Origin: Paecilomyces variotii
Lineage: Eukaryota
Assembly (NCBI GenBank): GCA_004022145.1
Contig: RCNU01000015.1
Reading direction: 5' to 3' (one strand)
Length of the DNA stretch: 64,000 nucleotides
The notes under the pieces were generated by a model, which was not told the origin of the DNA, did no database searches, and saw only the letters and a program-made list of their open reading frames with translations. Made by a program: the position numbers and the translations under genes. This document shows, in pieces, positions 47,780-61,617 of the stretch. Positions within the stretch are counted from its first letter, which is position 1. The number at the start of each line of letters is the position of its first letter.

Positions 47780-50700
47780 TTATTTCGAGGACCCAGGTTT
47801 CATTAGACGGGTCGCTTCCTCGGGATCGGTTCCAAGGACTGTAACGAGGTACTCGATACTAGGAGAAAGTAAGCAAAAATTGAACAACACATGGAGAAAT
47901 ACGATTTCTCTACTCACCTCGCTTCAGATGCCAGTCTGCGCTTCTCCTTCGCAAAGGCTTTCTGGCATTCCTCCCATGTCTGTGCACGCTCCTGAGGAGA
48001 CACCGTCTTGATCCGCATTTTGAAAGAAGCACTGACAGGTCGATGGTCAGATGCCTTGACCTCATGTCGCCGGTACTCCAGCTGCTTGATCCTCCCCGGG
48101 CCCCGAGAAAGGACACGATCACACCATGCTGGGGCACGCTTCTTTTCACTGGAGTCATACTCGTCTGACCCGACATCGTATTTATACGTAGGCGCGAATG
48201 TAATGGGGGCTTCGTTAAATGACCGCAAGCGGAAACCAGGATTCTTACGCCTCGATGCGAGAAGCTGATCTCTGTCTAGAAGCTTGGGAAGGTTGTTGTT
48301 TTTGATATCTTCGATAATGACGTTTCGTGGAATCGAATCGATACGGTAATTCAAATCGCCATTGAGGATGCAAATTTCGTGATCGAGGATCATAGTTCCA
48401 TCACCGCCGCCCACGAAGAGGTCAGCGCGGGTCGTCAGGCTAGTCTCTGCGGGCAGAGATTCGCTCTCAAGGATAGCTGCAATGTCATTGTTGCGGCTCG
48501 CCGTATGCGACTGGCCAGCAGCCAGATGGCAGTTTACCAGGCAGATGGAGCTGTCATCCAGCACGAAGCGCAGAATCAAAGCACCCTGGAACAAATGTTA
48601 GACACTCATATATATCAACGTGACCGACAGTAGGTAAATACCTTGTTCCCGTGCAAACCACCCATTCCTCGCTTGACTTCCGCCGCGCTAATGTTTCGGA
48701 TCCGTTGTCGTTCCCGATGTTTGATGAAAACGCAGGTGAAAAGACCAACGAGATTTGCCGTATGCAAAAGAACATAATTTTCATCAAGAGGCATACAGTC
48801 GTTGATAGCCGTTGCAAGATGGTCTCGCCACACTCGGTACTGTCGACTCATATGTTCCTTCTCTGCACCATCCTTCTTTTTACTGCCCTTGAACAAAGAC
48901 TCTGCTGTACATCAGCAATCGAAGTCAAGCAGGAAGACAGAAAAGGGGAGACTAACTGGCTGTGATCTTCTTGTCTTCCAGATCGACAAGTTCCTGGAAT
49001 CCAAAGACTATGATCTCCGGCGGGTCCTCTGGGTGGATTGCATCTCGTATGAAACTGCTGTGTCGCACACTGCCAGGAACCGAAGCTCCCGCGTTCCATG
49101 TCACGACCACCGCTCGTACCTCACGGAACGTACAGTACTCCACATCTTTACTTTGCATCCTCGTCTCTGTTTTAATGTCAGCAGAGCCTCGAAAACCCGG
49201 GTTAGAGATTAGACATACCAAGCCAATCTTCCTCCAGCATTCCGTCCCATAGCCGGATACAGTTGTCCGTGCCCAGCGAGGCAACCTGAAGGCGATTGAC
49301 CGTCCACACGCTGCTTGGATCCAATAACAGACCACAAACGGGGTCATCATGTGCCCGCCAGTCCTTCTTCACAGTCCACGGATTCGTGTTGACATCGTAG
49401 ACATAGATCATCCCGGTCTTATAGGCAGCCCACAGATAGTCTCCCGCCATGGCCAAGCAATTAATCTTATAGACACTAACGTTGACTGAGCCTAGACAGG
49501 CATAATTGGTCGATGAATAGATGGTAACTTTACCATCGGCATGGCCCAAATAAACTCTCCCTCCATCCTTGGTCGTATATGCACCAGAAGTGACCTCTCC
49601 CGTATGATGCTGCCCCAAAGGTCTCCGAAGCACTTGGAACGAAGTGTCCTCCCGCGCATTGGGTCTGTAGATTCGGACATCCTTCCCGGTTGCTAGCCAT
49701 AATGTATCCCCAACAACAAGAGAGAATGTATGTCCTCTTGCGACACGGTCATAAGGATTACTGTAGCTGTACTGGAGGTTCGGGGTGCCTGATTCATCTG
49801 GGGGCCACACGAGCAGTCTGCCTTCGTCGTCTAGTGTCCACATTTCCTTCTTATGCCGATATATCTTGATGATCTCCCTCCGGGACGGATATGACCGAGA
49901 GGCAACAATGGATTGCGTTGAAATATCGACTTCATGAAGTTCCCCAATGTTGGTGCCCAGCCATAGACGCTGGCCCTCGTCTTCAAGGCCTTTACCGGCC
50001 TTGAACGCCAGCGACATAACCTTGACTGTCTCCCCATGACTCAAACTCATTATCATTTCGCCCGTAGTAAGATCCCAAACCCGAGTCAGGTAACCTGCCG
50101 TACAGACATACCTCCCGCATACGTCAAACAGGCGAGTATCATATTTGGTAGGTATGGCAGAGGGTCCGCCTTTAATGACAGGGGGTCGTCGATTGACCTG
50201 GGAAGAATCGGGATAGTCTGTGCGCGGGATGGGGGTCTCTTCGACAACACGGTCTGGCTCCTCCACCCGCGGGTTCCGATTCTGTTCGATAGGGGTCGAA
50301 CTGGTATACTTCGTGTCGCGGGACACCGGTGGCGGTTGGGGACTGTGACGTCGAGCACCCCTCGACTGGTCCAAGCCATTCGGTCCATTTGCAGATGTGT
50401 CGTTCCCCTGCCAGCCGCCTGCAGATGTAGATGCAGGTGTAGAGCCACCAGTCTCTCTACGAGGAGGGGGCGGAAAGGTTGTATCGATTGCAGAAACTCG
50501 TCGAGATGGTGATACTCTTTGACTGCGGCTTCGACCTACGTCCAGAGACCGCCTCCCCGGTTCAGGCCTGGATTCCGAAGTCGGTGGACTGTGTGCGAAG
50601 GGTCGAGCACCAGTCGAGAACCGCGGCGGAAGACCAGGTCGATCGTCTGGGCCGGCACTGGCAGGAATCTTATGATTCGACGGTTCAGAGAATCTCGCTT

Positions 50701-51833
50701 CTCTAGGTCCGCTTGATAGTATCTCAGAACGCCGGTCCGGAGGCGCTACGGGCACCATCACGGGTTTCGTGGCCCGGGAAGGTTCAGGCACCGGTCGTTG
50801 TCGCGAGAAACCAAGCTCTCTTGCATCGCGCACCGCAGAAGTAGAAGGCTGAGGCCTGTCTGGGCCAGCTGAACGGGGTGGCGGTTCAGTCGTAGGGCGC
50901 AACGGCGGTATCTTGAACTTTTCTGGTCTCTCACTCGGAACTGTTCGAGGAGAAGGCTTCTCCGGACTGCTGGGAGGAGTGCTAAATGGCGAGACGCGCT
51001 CGTCGACAGGTGCCCTCTCCGAACGTGGTGCCGTTGGTGTCAACGACGAAGATTGGAATTCCAATTGCCCCAGGTTCGCTGCCTTTGCAGGTATCTTCGG
51101 TTTGTCTGCCCTGTTCACCGGGGGAGGAACAGACGCGGACTTTCCAATCGGAGAGACTCCCCTGCCTGGAGAATCGCTCTTCTCGCCGGTTCCCCCTCCA
51201 CCTAGACTGAAGTTCGGGGTTGTAGGGCGTTGCGCACGCGGGGGCCTTGGCCGGGGCACTCCTTCGATCTCAGCGATGCTGTGCGAAAACTGATGCATCC
51301 GAGGAGAGCTCTCACTTCCATGTCCATTATCGAGAGCATGCGGAGGCGAACGAGGCGAATCTACCGTCAGTGCCGGTGTTACCTGCGAAGAATGGAGGTC
51401 CATCGACATCGGTCTACTGTACGCTCTTCTCCTTGGAGACGCGCTGGCGCCTGGAGCCCCGGAGGTTCGAACGAGCGGACTCGGGGACTGTCCATTCTGC
51501 GTACTAGGTGTAGACCCCCATGGCGAGCGGGGACTGGGTAAATCTAGGGATTGACGGCCTCCTCGAATATCCTCCGTCGGTTCCGGGGTTCGTAGAAACT
51601 GCGACGAGTTACGCGGACTGCTGGCGCCAGATGAGGAACGGAGGTGGGCAAGATTCTCGAAATGCGACAGCAGGGAGGATACTGGTCTCTAGAAATCGCC
51701 ATCTCAGCATCAGTACAGCTGCATCCACAAAACCATTTCAGACTGGGGAAGGGGGGAGAAAGTAGGATTCGAGGGATGTATTTACAATAGGCGCATCATC
51801 CGTGCCATCCTTTCCTTTTGCGTTCCCCTCCAT
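47780..51833 (-). CDS. Inositol polyphosphate 5-phosphatase with Pro-rich N-terminus and WD40-like region
   Basis: VVTWNAG, FGFQELVDL, GLHGNK|GAL, VNCHLAAG, GDLNYRI, PTYKYD, PAWCDRVL and SDHRPV. First exon MEGNAKGKDGTDDAPI splices to RPVSSLLSHFENL. Confidence 0.92.
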
Positions 51834-52620
51834 GATCCCAATTATGTCTGTGCGCGCTAATAGCTATCCAAGAATCAGTTCCTGTGTCCCAAAGCGCCCA
51901 TCCAGCCATAAGCCCTCTGTGGTTTTGTAATTCTGTAATAATTCCCCGCCTTGGTCGATTCACACGGAGAGGCGGGACACTAAACAGGAGCGACAACGAC
52001 TCGCCGTATCGGAGTCACGCGATCAGGGTTCTTGGGGTATTCTATCGAAATCCGCAGGGCCGGTACTATCGAAGAGCGGCTATCAGATCTCTCATCGACG
52101 TGCCGGGGATCTCATGGCCGGGGAGCCAGAATACGGGGGTTGGGAGGATGACGCCGTACAGGCGGAAACGGGGGGGCTGCGCAGGAACAATATAGAAAGA
52201 AAGGTGGCGCGGGATTTGGTTAGAAGAAGTAGACAGATATAATTAGTCCAGATCAGGGACACGAAAGAAGGAAAAGAAACCAAACCCCTGAGAAGACAAC
52301 AAGACTCTCGTCCGATCAGAACATCCAGCGCAAGGACTCTGACCAAGTTCCAGTTCCAGATTGATTGATGGTTTAAACGGTCGGTCTCTCCGCACAAGCA
52401 GCCAGGTGATCAGCCAAGCCCGCGGCCATTTTTAGTCTTCCCGCGCTGGGAGTCCGACTCCATGCAGGAACCAGACAACGGCACCAGAAGAATCGAGACT
52501 CTCTCCTTTTAATGTTTCACTGGCATCGAGCTCATCCTCTGTTCTCTCTCTTTCTCTCTTTCTGTAGATCTCTTACCATCATCTACTCCGTCGTTCTACA
52601 CAGGATCTGACACATCAACC

Positions 52621-53523
52621 ATGTGGTACGTCTCCCTCCAGCATCGTTGATGCGCATTACAAATTCCTTCCTTTAACGGGGAAGAGAAGAAGAAGAAGAA
52701 GAAAGAAACGCGCAGAGCCAACCAAACAGAACTCGAAACTGACAGTAGCACGCGCAGCAAGCACATCCTCAACGCTCAGGTGGCCATCCGGTCTCCATGC
52801 TGTACGTTCAAGTCCAGAAAAGAAAGTCAGGCTGGAGACGCCCAGTTCTGATTATTGATCCCCTATGTTTCAAAGCATCAGTTTCAACACTAACCCAATG
52901 CACATCTAGGCCGGAAATGGTTTGACTGTGCTGAATGTCACTATGAGCAGGAAAGCCACCCCCTGATGCAGTCTTTTGATATGGTCAGTATTTTTTATTC
53001 CTCCCCTTTTTGGATGCATACGTATTATTACCCCGCAGGGGGAAAGAAAAGAGAGAGAAGAAAAAAACAAAAAAAAGAGCTGCCATATCTAACTGTATCT
53101 CATCAACAGACCTTTGCCTGTAAGAAGTGCAAAAAGTGCTTCCGCAAAGACACGTCAGAGTTCGAGGACAGGTACGTAGCCCGTAAAGAGCGTGCGGCCT
53201 TGCTTTGGGACGTGCGTGTCTGGTGTCAAGCCAGCGTGACTTCTGGCCTTTGCAGTTAGTGACCAACGTCAATAGCGACGAGTATTGCCCGCATTGCGAT
53301 AACCACTTCGTTATCGAGGCGAAGACCCCCACACCCGCCTTGAGGGTCGAGGGCGAGGATGCCCGTATCGACTCTAGGTATGCTTGTTCCCTTTGGATCC
53401 TGTCCCGTCTCGCAGACCTCCTTACTCATCGCTCGTGAAAGATTCCTCAAAGACGACCGCGTACGAGGTACTGCGGAGCGTTCTATCTTCAATGTCCGAG
53501 ATGCGGCGGACCGGCTAGGCTAG
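52621..53523 (+). CDS. Small CHY-type zinc-finger protein (6 exons)
   Basis: MC|KHILNAQVAIRSPC|CRKWFDCAECH...CKKCKKCFRKD...YCPHCDNHFVIEAKTP. Confidence 0.88.
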
Positions 53524-53756
53524 TGCGTAGAAGTCGCAGGATTACGAAGATACGATTTTAGACGATGCCTTCGGGCGTCAACCTGCTTCTGTTTTGACTG
53601 CGTGAGATATCCAGATACGGCAGTAGATACGTTATGGTGTACAGGTGCAGAATTCAAGATTCTTTTTGTTTTAATGTCGCTTTAAGAAAACATCAGAAAA
53701 GGAGTCATGCGGACCCTCGTAGCCTCTACAACGCCCACACTCAAACATTATGACAT

Positions 53757-54790
53757 TCAGTGTTCAGAGCTCTCTCCGCCGCCCCGCGTTAGGATGGCCG
53801 CAGTGCCTGTGCCCGGCGTCCGACCGGTCTTCTTCTTGGCCGCCTCTTCCTGCTTCTCTGCCTCTATGCTCTTCACGTAAGCCTCGATGTCTTCGTCGGG
53901 AAGCTGCTCCATGAGCTTGCCAGGGGCCATGATGGCAATCTCAATGTTCTTCGCACCGGTCTGAACGACCTCCAGCAGCGACTTGATCGTCAGCTGAATG
54001 GTCTGTTCACGGTCCATATCATCCTTGTGATTCCGCTCGAGGAACTCGCGTACGGTCTTGCTCGATCGGCCGATAGCGTTTGCTTTCCTGTATGACCGTT
54101 AGCCCCCAACCGCCGGGTCCCCGACTCATATATCGTAACAACCGACTTACCAAGCAGAATAGATACCAGATGGCTCCGTCTGGTAAAGACGGGGAACATT
54201 GTCACCCTTGTCAAACCCAACAATCAACGTACTGATACCGAAGGGACGGACACCACCACTCTGCGTGTATCGCTGCTGCACACCGGCAACGTATTTCGTG
54301 ATGTATTCAATCGACACGGGATCTTCGACGGTCAACCTGTGCGATTGGGCTTCTACTCTGGCCTTGTCGACGAGGATTCTGGCATCGGCGTTGAGGCCGG
54401 CAAAGGCAAGGCAAACATGGTTGTCGAGGAGGCAGATCTTCGACGGGGTGATTCGGGTGTCTTGGAGCTTCATCGCAGACCGCTTCTCGCATCCCAGGAC
54501 AACGATGTCCTTGCCCTTCACGCCCACGGCGCAGGTTCCTGATTCTGTAAGCTTCGTTCGTCTCCAGAGTTCAGGACGACTGCGGTTGTACCTCGCTTCA
54601 CAGCTTCCAGAGCATATTCCACCTGGAAAACGTGTCCATCGGGACTAGACTCAAGTCAGGAAAGCGTATCGTAGAGCTTCTTCGCGACAAATCCTACCTG
54701 AAGACTACATTTGGTCAGCATAGACAGCAGAGGATGCGATCAAAGAGGAGCTACCATACCTGAAAGCGCTCGGTCATATCCGGAGGCCAT
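53757..54790 (-). CDS. pre6: 20S proteasome subunit alpha-4
   Basis: [46 protein letters not shown] and WKANAIGRS; includes a 7-nt micro-exon at 54698-54704. Confidence 0.96.
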
Positions 54791-56495
54791 TATGGATCGT
54801 GACGGTCGTAGAGGGTCAAACTAGGCTAGAATTAAGGAAGCAGATTGAAGGAGATCGAAGTGAGACGACCGTGGAGAGCTACAGAAGGCAGATGGCACGT
54901 TGGTGAGGCATGCGGAGTGGCAGCTTGGGCGATGACGGGCTCCGTAGCTGGACGCGAGTTCCGCGGCTGCCTCCAGAGCTGCGGCCCAAGCGCCAGCCGC
55001 GCGGTTATCGTCAACCTCCCAGAGCTTCCATATCAACGCCTACGAATGTCCTCACAAGATGTAAATCGCCAAGATCTAGTGGAGACTCACTTCATGCCTT
55101 TGCGGACTAGAATACTACGATCTCTCTGGCTTAGCCAATGTTGATAGAATATCAAACTCTCAGATTGACGCCAATGATGATACTACGTACACACTAGGGG
55201 CTATCTGCCGTACATCCTCGCAAGGAACAGCGGTCAATCCAATCGGTTGAGCCGGTGGACAGGTCGAATAAGGCAAAATCACATACAGGAGGCGAGAGGA
55301 AGACTGGACTGGAGAAGATACAGATTCTCTTTCAATGATTACGAAAAAAGGAAAATACAACGAAAAAGAAAGAAAAAAGAGATAAAGGAAGAGGCCGAAA
55401 GGTCCCGGGAATCTCTCCGCATGAAGACAACAAAAAGTGCAAGAGATAAGACAGCTGAAAGCAATCCTCCGCACTCCGACCCGTCCCATGACCCGAAAGA
55501 CTAACCCAGTCACAGTGCCAGCCAACCTCAAAACAAAATCCTCCATTCATGACACGGACAGAGCATAAACCGGCAACACGGTGCCAAAATAGATAAGGGA
55601 CAGAGAGAAGAGAAAAGATATTGAAACCACCAGTCAGCCCGTGTTTCCCGTGCCTGATCTATGTCCAAGTCTGGTATTCCTCCAACACGTAATCCAATCC
55701 CCCTCATGCTTCAATACAATCTCTCGGCCGGCCTTCTTTTGTGTATCCCTCCCATGACGATCTGACTTTTTCCAAGTATAAAACTAATATAGACGCTCAA
55801 AAAGGAAAAAAGAGAAAAAAAAAGAAGAAGAAAAAGGCATTCTCACTCCTGTTCATAAACGGTGATCTCTGTACCTTCGCCTTATCCTTCTTATGTAACT
55901 GCTCGTTGAAACCCGCTGGCTTGAAAAAGGAATCCCCAACACCCCCGACAAATTCCAGTCCGTTGTAACCCATCCGTGATCATACCAGCAATTTCCAATA
56001 TGTTCCCGCCGCATTATATTGTTGCCGTGGGCAAAAGAGAGGCATCCGAAATACCTGTTCTCATGGCACGTTGATGTTGCACGTCTCCGCTCTTCGTCAT
56101 TGGTGAAAACGCTCGATCTCCGAAGTCTGGTCGAGGCCTCCCGCCTGAAAAGGAAAACAAAAACATGAAAGTCGAAGTAACTGACGTGAAAGGACGCATC
56201 CCGCCACCTGCCCGTTGTCGCAGTAAGAATTTCCCCTGGATACCATGCAACGCTTTTTTTGAATACGGAATATAAACAAGCCGGATAGGGCGGACCAGAG
56301 ACCGAGATACCCAGCGAAAACCCCGCGCGAACCAACGACAAGCTCCCAGCCTGCTCCTACCAGCCAAATGCACCCAAAGTTATTTCCTTATACAAGCACG
56401 CTCCAAACAAGAATCGATCCACACCGATGCCGACCGTTAAGCACAATCCCATAGCGACAAGCAGAGCTGAGGATATCGTATGCTCCTCCCGACGT

Positions 56496-58548
56496 TTATG
56501 CTGGAGACTTGTTGGTAGAAGCGCCGTTCCGCCGGGAATCGTCGCTCACTGTAAGACCTCCAAGACCAGTGGAAAGGAACGCAAACGGGTCGTTCGAACC
56601 GTCATTACCGTAGAAGTTTCCGTTAGAAGCATTGGCAGCAGGACCAGCATGGTCAGCACCAGTAAACGCAGCCTGGGTTGCGGGGTTACCAAAAGAGGCC
56701 GCCGAGTGTGACGCGTTGGTCGAGCCGTATCCTGCATTCATCTGGCCCATAGGCGGATATGGTCCAGGAGCGTTGCCAAGGCCAGAGGGAAGACCATAGT
56801 TGTTGGGAGGAGCCCCAAACTGCTGACCGAATCCACCAAAAGCGCCAGCGGTGGAGGCAAACGGACCGGGTCCCGGGGTGCTCGTCATCGAGCCAGGTCC
56901 CATACCGAAGCCAGCGGGCTGATCCATGGGGGACGGGAAAGCGGAATCAGCCACAACAGCTGCTCCAGAGCGAGGAGCACCGCAGCGCAGGCAGTTGATG
57001 TTCTTAGCAAAGTTATGGTAGCCACATCCTTCAGATCCACACTTCCAGTCACCAGCTCGGAAAGGCACAACACCGCCATTACCACCCACGCCGCGAGAGT
57101 GGCCCATACCATGGCCTCCGTGATGGCCCATGTGAGGGGGCATCATAGATGGGGGGCCATAGCCGTAAGCAAATCCCATAGGGTCCGGAGCAGCACCGAC
57201 CGCCGGGAAAGAGCAGCGGAAACAAGCTGTACGGCGTTGAAAGTTGGAGAATCCGCAAGACGGGCAAGTCCAATCACCAGGTCTAGGGCGATTCTTCGAG
57301 GGCGGGAACGGGGTAAGAATCTCAGCCGCACGGTCAAGGACACGGCTCGATGAAGGAGAGACTTCGATAGCCTTCTCATTGAGAGCACGTCCGTTCATGC
57401 AAAGACTCTCCGCAGCCTAGTCAAACACACACTGTTAGTAAAAGAAAAACGGCTAGACCCGCTGAATGCAGAAGAAATGGCCATACCTCCTCGTGGGACG
57501 AGAAAACGGCAAATCCGGTTCCCGTAGGCTTGTGCTGATCAGGCGTCCGCAGGGTCCAGAAGGCAATGGGTCGTCCTCCAAACTGCGTGAACCAGCTCTC
57601 CAGCTCGGACTGTGTAGTATCATGGGGCAGACCGCTCATGTGGAGAACCTTGCTGCGTTCGGCCAAGAAGGCACGAACATCGGCCCGGGCATCCATGGGA
57701 CGAGTCAGGATTTCAGGGTGCTCATGCGGAGGTTGAGACTTGCGGATCAGACCACGGAGGACTCGAGCCAGGGTGATGGCTTCTTCCATCGCACGTCGGG
57801 GAGACGCGGGAGCCAAGGCCTGGAGGTGGAAAGGAAGGTTGTGCTTGATGGGTGCGGACGACTGGACGGGCTCAACTTCGAGGGCGGCACAGATGTTGGC
57901 CAGCGAGCTGGGGCCAAAAGGCAAAGATTCCGGGTGATGAGTCTGCCACCTCTGGTATTCAGTGCGAAGGTCGAAGGTGCGGGAGTGCTGCAGGTATGGC
58001 GGCAGAACCACGGCCTTGTCACGGGCCTCTCGAGGAAGCTGGACACGGAGATCCCACGAGTCGAGGGTAACAAAGGAGAACTCCAGGTTCTTGCTCAACA
58101 GGTGCTCCTGAGCAAACGAGTCGAAGCGGTTGATGGCGTCCCGAAAGGTTCCTGCCGTGCGGACATGCTCCCAGGTCAAAGTCGTCAAACTCGCTATATT
58201 CCATCAGCCATTGATTCCTCGGGTCAGGCGATAAGCATTGACGGGCCGTCGGACTTACTGCAGAGAGGCGTAATGGGGGTGTTGACGGGCTTGACGAGGA
58301 CGCTTTCGCGGTGAAGCTGTGCAGAGCGAAACTCAGTCAGCGGAAGTGTTCAGGAGCGAACACAACGGGGGATCACCGCAAGTTTCACTCACCTCCTCAC
58401 AAGTCTTTGTGTCCAGCAAGATCCATCCCAGCTCGATCACCTCGGCCGAATCCTTAGTGACATAGACGCCATGTTCATCACAGGTCGTCGCAACATGGAC
58501 GACGATGTAACGATCCAGCTTCGGGGAGGGCGCCGGAGCGGATGCCAT
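56496..58548 (-). CDS. nrp1: Nrp1/Dri1-like RNA-binding protein (exonuclease-like N-domain, RRM, two RanBP2 zinc fingers)
   Basis: ATTCDEHGVYVTKDSAEVIELGW, LHMSGLPHDTTQSELESWF, GTGFAVFSSHEE, RPGDWTCPSCGFSNFQRRTACFRC and RAGDWKCGSEGCGYHNFAKNINCLRC. Confidence 0.88.
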
Positions 58549-60295
58549 CTCTCTCTCTCTCTGCTGCTGGGCAGAGGCCGGACTGGCGGCAGGGGAAAGA
58601 CGGACACAAAGAGTGTCTCCTGCGGGAAAGCGAGAGACACGAATCACGACAGGAACGTGCCGTGACGTAGAATGGTCGAAGGAGGAGAGAAAGGGAAGGG
58701 GAAGAAAGGACGGAGAGGATGAGAGAGGAGAGAAGAGGGAGGAAGAGGAAGTGTTCCGTTGGTGGTGGACCGTGGATCAGAAAAGTTTCGGCTTTGGGGG
58801 TCAGCCTGAGACGGAGAGCGAGACGGGCCAGGCCAGCGCCGCGCCGGGCCAGCACGAGGGAGAGACCAGGGGATGCCAACCATCGATTCGAATCTCTCCA
58901 GACAAAGAGCATTATTATTCTTATCATTATTCCTGGACTAGACTACAGTGTCTCTCTGGCCGTTTTGCTTTCGTCGTCTTGTCGCGGGATCGTCCCGGAA
59001 GACGTTGATGTCCAAGGTACCGCCGCCGGACAAAGATACTCGAGCCTCAACGGGAATATAGCCATTTGTTCTTGGATCAGACCACGTCTACTTGAAGGAG
59101 GGGGGGGAAGCTCTTGGACATGGATGCTACAGCCTCTGTGTACAGTACATACATGCAGTGATTCTTGCAGTCCGGGGAATGGTTCCTCCCACCACTCCGC
59201 ATACAAATAAATGTCTATGGTATCTATCTAATGCACCGTTAAACGCACGGTTGAGGGGCATCGAAGATCGCTCAATTTGCTAGAGGGGAGTATTACAGTA
59301 CGTAGATATAACTAGCTCAAGTCATCTTTCCTTCATATCGCATCCAGCCTCGACTGTTCGAGACTGATGCATTGATTATTTGTCCCTTCATATAATTTTT
59401 TTTTTATTTTTTTCCAGCCGTCAAAAGCTCGATCCGCACAAAGTGGGAACACAACCAGCTTCAGATCCTTTTTTCCCTTCTCCTTCTCTTTTCCTTTTTA
59501 CCCGCACAGCTGTGGTTCACCACTCATTAACAGCTTCTTTTCTTTTTTTTTTTCTGGTCGTGCACTGTACCTTGGCTCGGCCAGTTCACATCCGAAGGTA
59601 CGCGAACCCAGTCGAGACTACTTACGCGGGCACTGGCAATTGCGGTTTTGGAAATAAATACTCTGACATCGGTACATTGGCCAACCAGATGACAAGATCC
59701 GGTGTTTCTGATGCCCTTTACGAGGTACTCCGGAGCAGATTGCAATAGCATTCACTGTCCCAGCTCCCCGGTGGTTGGAACACGTTTAAGTTTTTACTGC
59801 ACTGGATTTTTGTTGTGAAAACAGCTAACTAGCTCAGTTGACAAGTAAATAATACCTGCGGTGAAGAAGATTCAGTACATAACAAATAATAATAATACAT
59901 ACGAATATGCTTCTCTGATCATTCATCATGAATTAATAACTTAACTAACGGGAAGCCCCCCCCTGGCGAGGATTATCAGCAACGGCCGGAAAAGCCAGAG
60001 CAGGACATCGTCTAAGAGAAAGCTCGGGCGGAGTATCTACTTAGCTGCTGTAAGCTCTGAAGCTAGGACGTCCTTCCGCTTTTCTAGCCCAACTTAACTC
60101 CTCTGCGAGTCTGCAAATTGGACAATCCCCTCAACACGTTGCGAGCTCTTTTAAGGGAGAACGTTGTGGAGCCACAACAACAAGAAACCTATGCTCAAGT
60201 CCGCCAAAACGGCCTGGTGTCGTTGGTTGTCGCGTCTGCACACGACAACTCTCATAGGGGACTCGTCATCAACCCAGTCCAGGCGCCAACAGATA

Positions 60296-60312
60296 ACTAC
60301 CTACCTAGGTAG
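60296..60312. repeat. Mixed NNTA array (ACTA CCTA CCTA GGTA) containing the palindrome CTACCTAGGTAG
   Basis: Read directly; shorter arrays nearby at about 59824, 60350 and 60592. Confidence 0.7.
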
Positions 60313-61617
60313 AATTAGATGTCTGGGAAGTTTGGAACACAGGCCAGGCCCTAACTAAGTGTTCGACAGGAAAGAGGAACGAGCGGCAAATTGAATATTA
60401 ATAGCACAGAATAACTATAGGAATTGTCTCAATCCTGCCAGTTGCATGCATCGTACCGTTTCTCAACTATCTAACGCGGATTCCACATCCATGCAGCGAG
60501 CTGCGACACAGACAACCTTGCCAGCCTTCATTCACATCTCATCTTCTTCTTTGGTCCTGGGGAATTGAGAGATTCGGGATCTCCCTTGTTTGGTACCTAG
60601 TTACGCCAGTTCCAATTTCGTGCAGCGCGGGAGGGTTTCCCTTGAATAATTAATCACCCTACCGCGTCATCCGACCGTCGCAGATAGTACATACCATAAA
60701 GACGAGGATCCCCAGGGTATCTATCTACCGCTAGATAGAACCCTCACGCCATCTACTCAAGTCGATCGTCGCAGGCATAATAATATAATGGTCCTAGTAA
60801 AATATAACAACCAGTCTGAGTCTCAATCAGGCAACTCAACTCCACATCCCTACATCGAATAGATACCAGTTCTAGTTCTACAGTCATATCTAACCGAAGG
60901 CAAATCACCCCCAAGAAGCAAATCGCCTTCCCCCGGCTCAAAGACAAAAAAAAAAATCAAGGGTCTAGATCCCCCCCAATCCCTAAGTATCCCAGTCCCA
61001 GTCCCAGTCGGTATCACATCATAGTCATACTATTCGCGGCACCGGATACCCCAAAGTCCCGCGGAATTACTCTATTCGATTCTATACCACAACGGGGAAA
61101 AGATAGATAGCGCATGCTCTCTCCTACTACAGTCTAGTAACCTATCTAATCCTTGCGTCGCGGAAGAGTTCCCGGAATCTGGCACCGGGTAAAAAAATAC
61201 TCTAACGCTTGCAGGTCATCCTGGTTCGATGGAAGTGGCGGGTGTCTCCACGTGGCTTTGGCGTCGGCATTTGGAAATTAAAGATGGTCCTCCTGATTCT
61301 GATGATCTGATCAGGTTGCATGATACTTTAGTTTGCTTTACCTATATGGTTTCCCTGCATTCGAGCCTCTAGAATATCCTACGTGAAGGTGTGGGTTGTC
61401 CTGCAGGCTAAAATAAGAAAAATAAGGCAACTATGATATTGGTAGAGGTATAACGGAACGATAGCATTAAAACAATAGCGTTGTGTTCATTCAATCCGAA
61501 GAAGATCAAAACATGCCCATAACCTAGAAAATCCCGATCCAAAGAGCCCGTCGCATGTCGGAAAGTAGATGCTAACTGAGGGAAAGAAAAAGCCAAAGGT
61601 CAAAGGAATATTACTCG

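Noticed and set aside
57466-58314. 282-aa ORF on the + strand
   Set aside because: Antisense shadow of nrp1.
58478-58927. Out-of-frame upstream ORF overlapping the nrp1 start
   Set aside because: Low-complexity CT-rich leader translation; transcript start unknown, so a uORF role cannot be supported.
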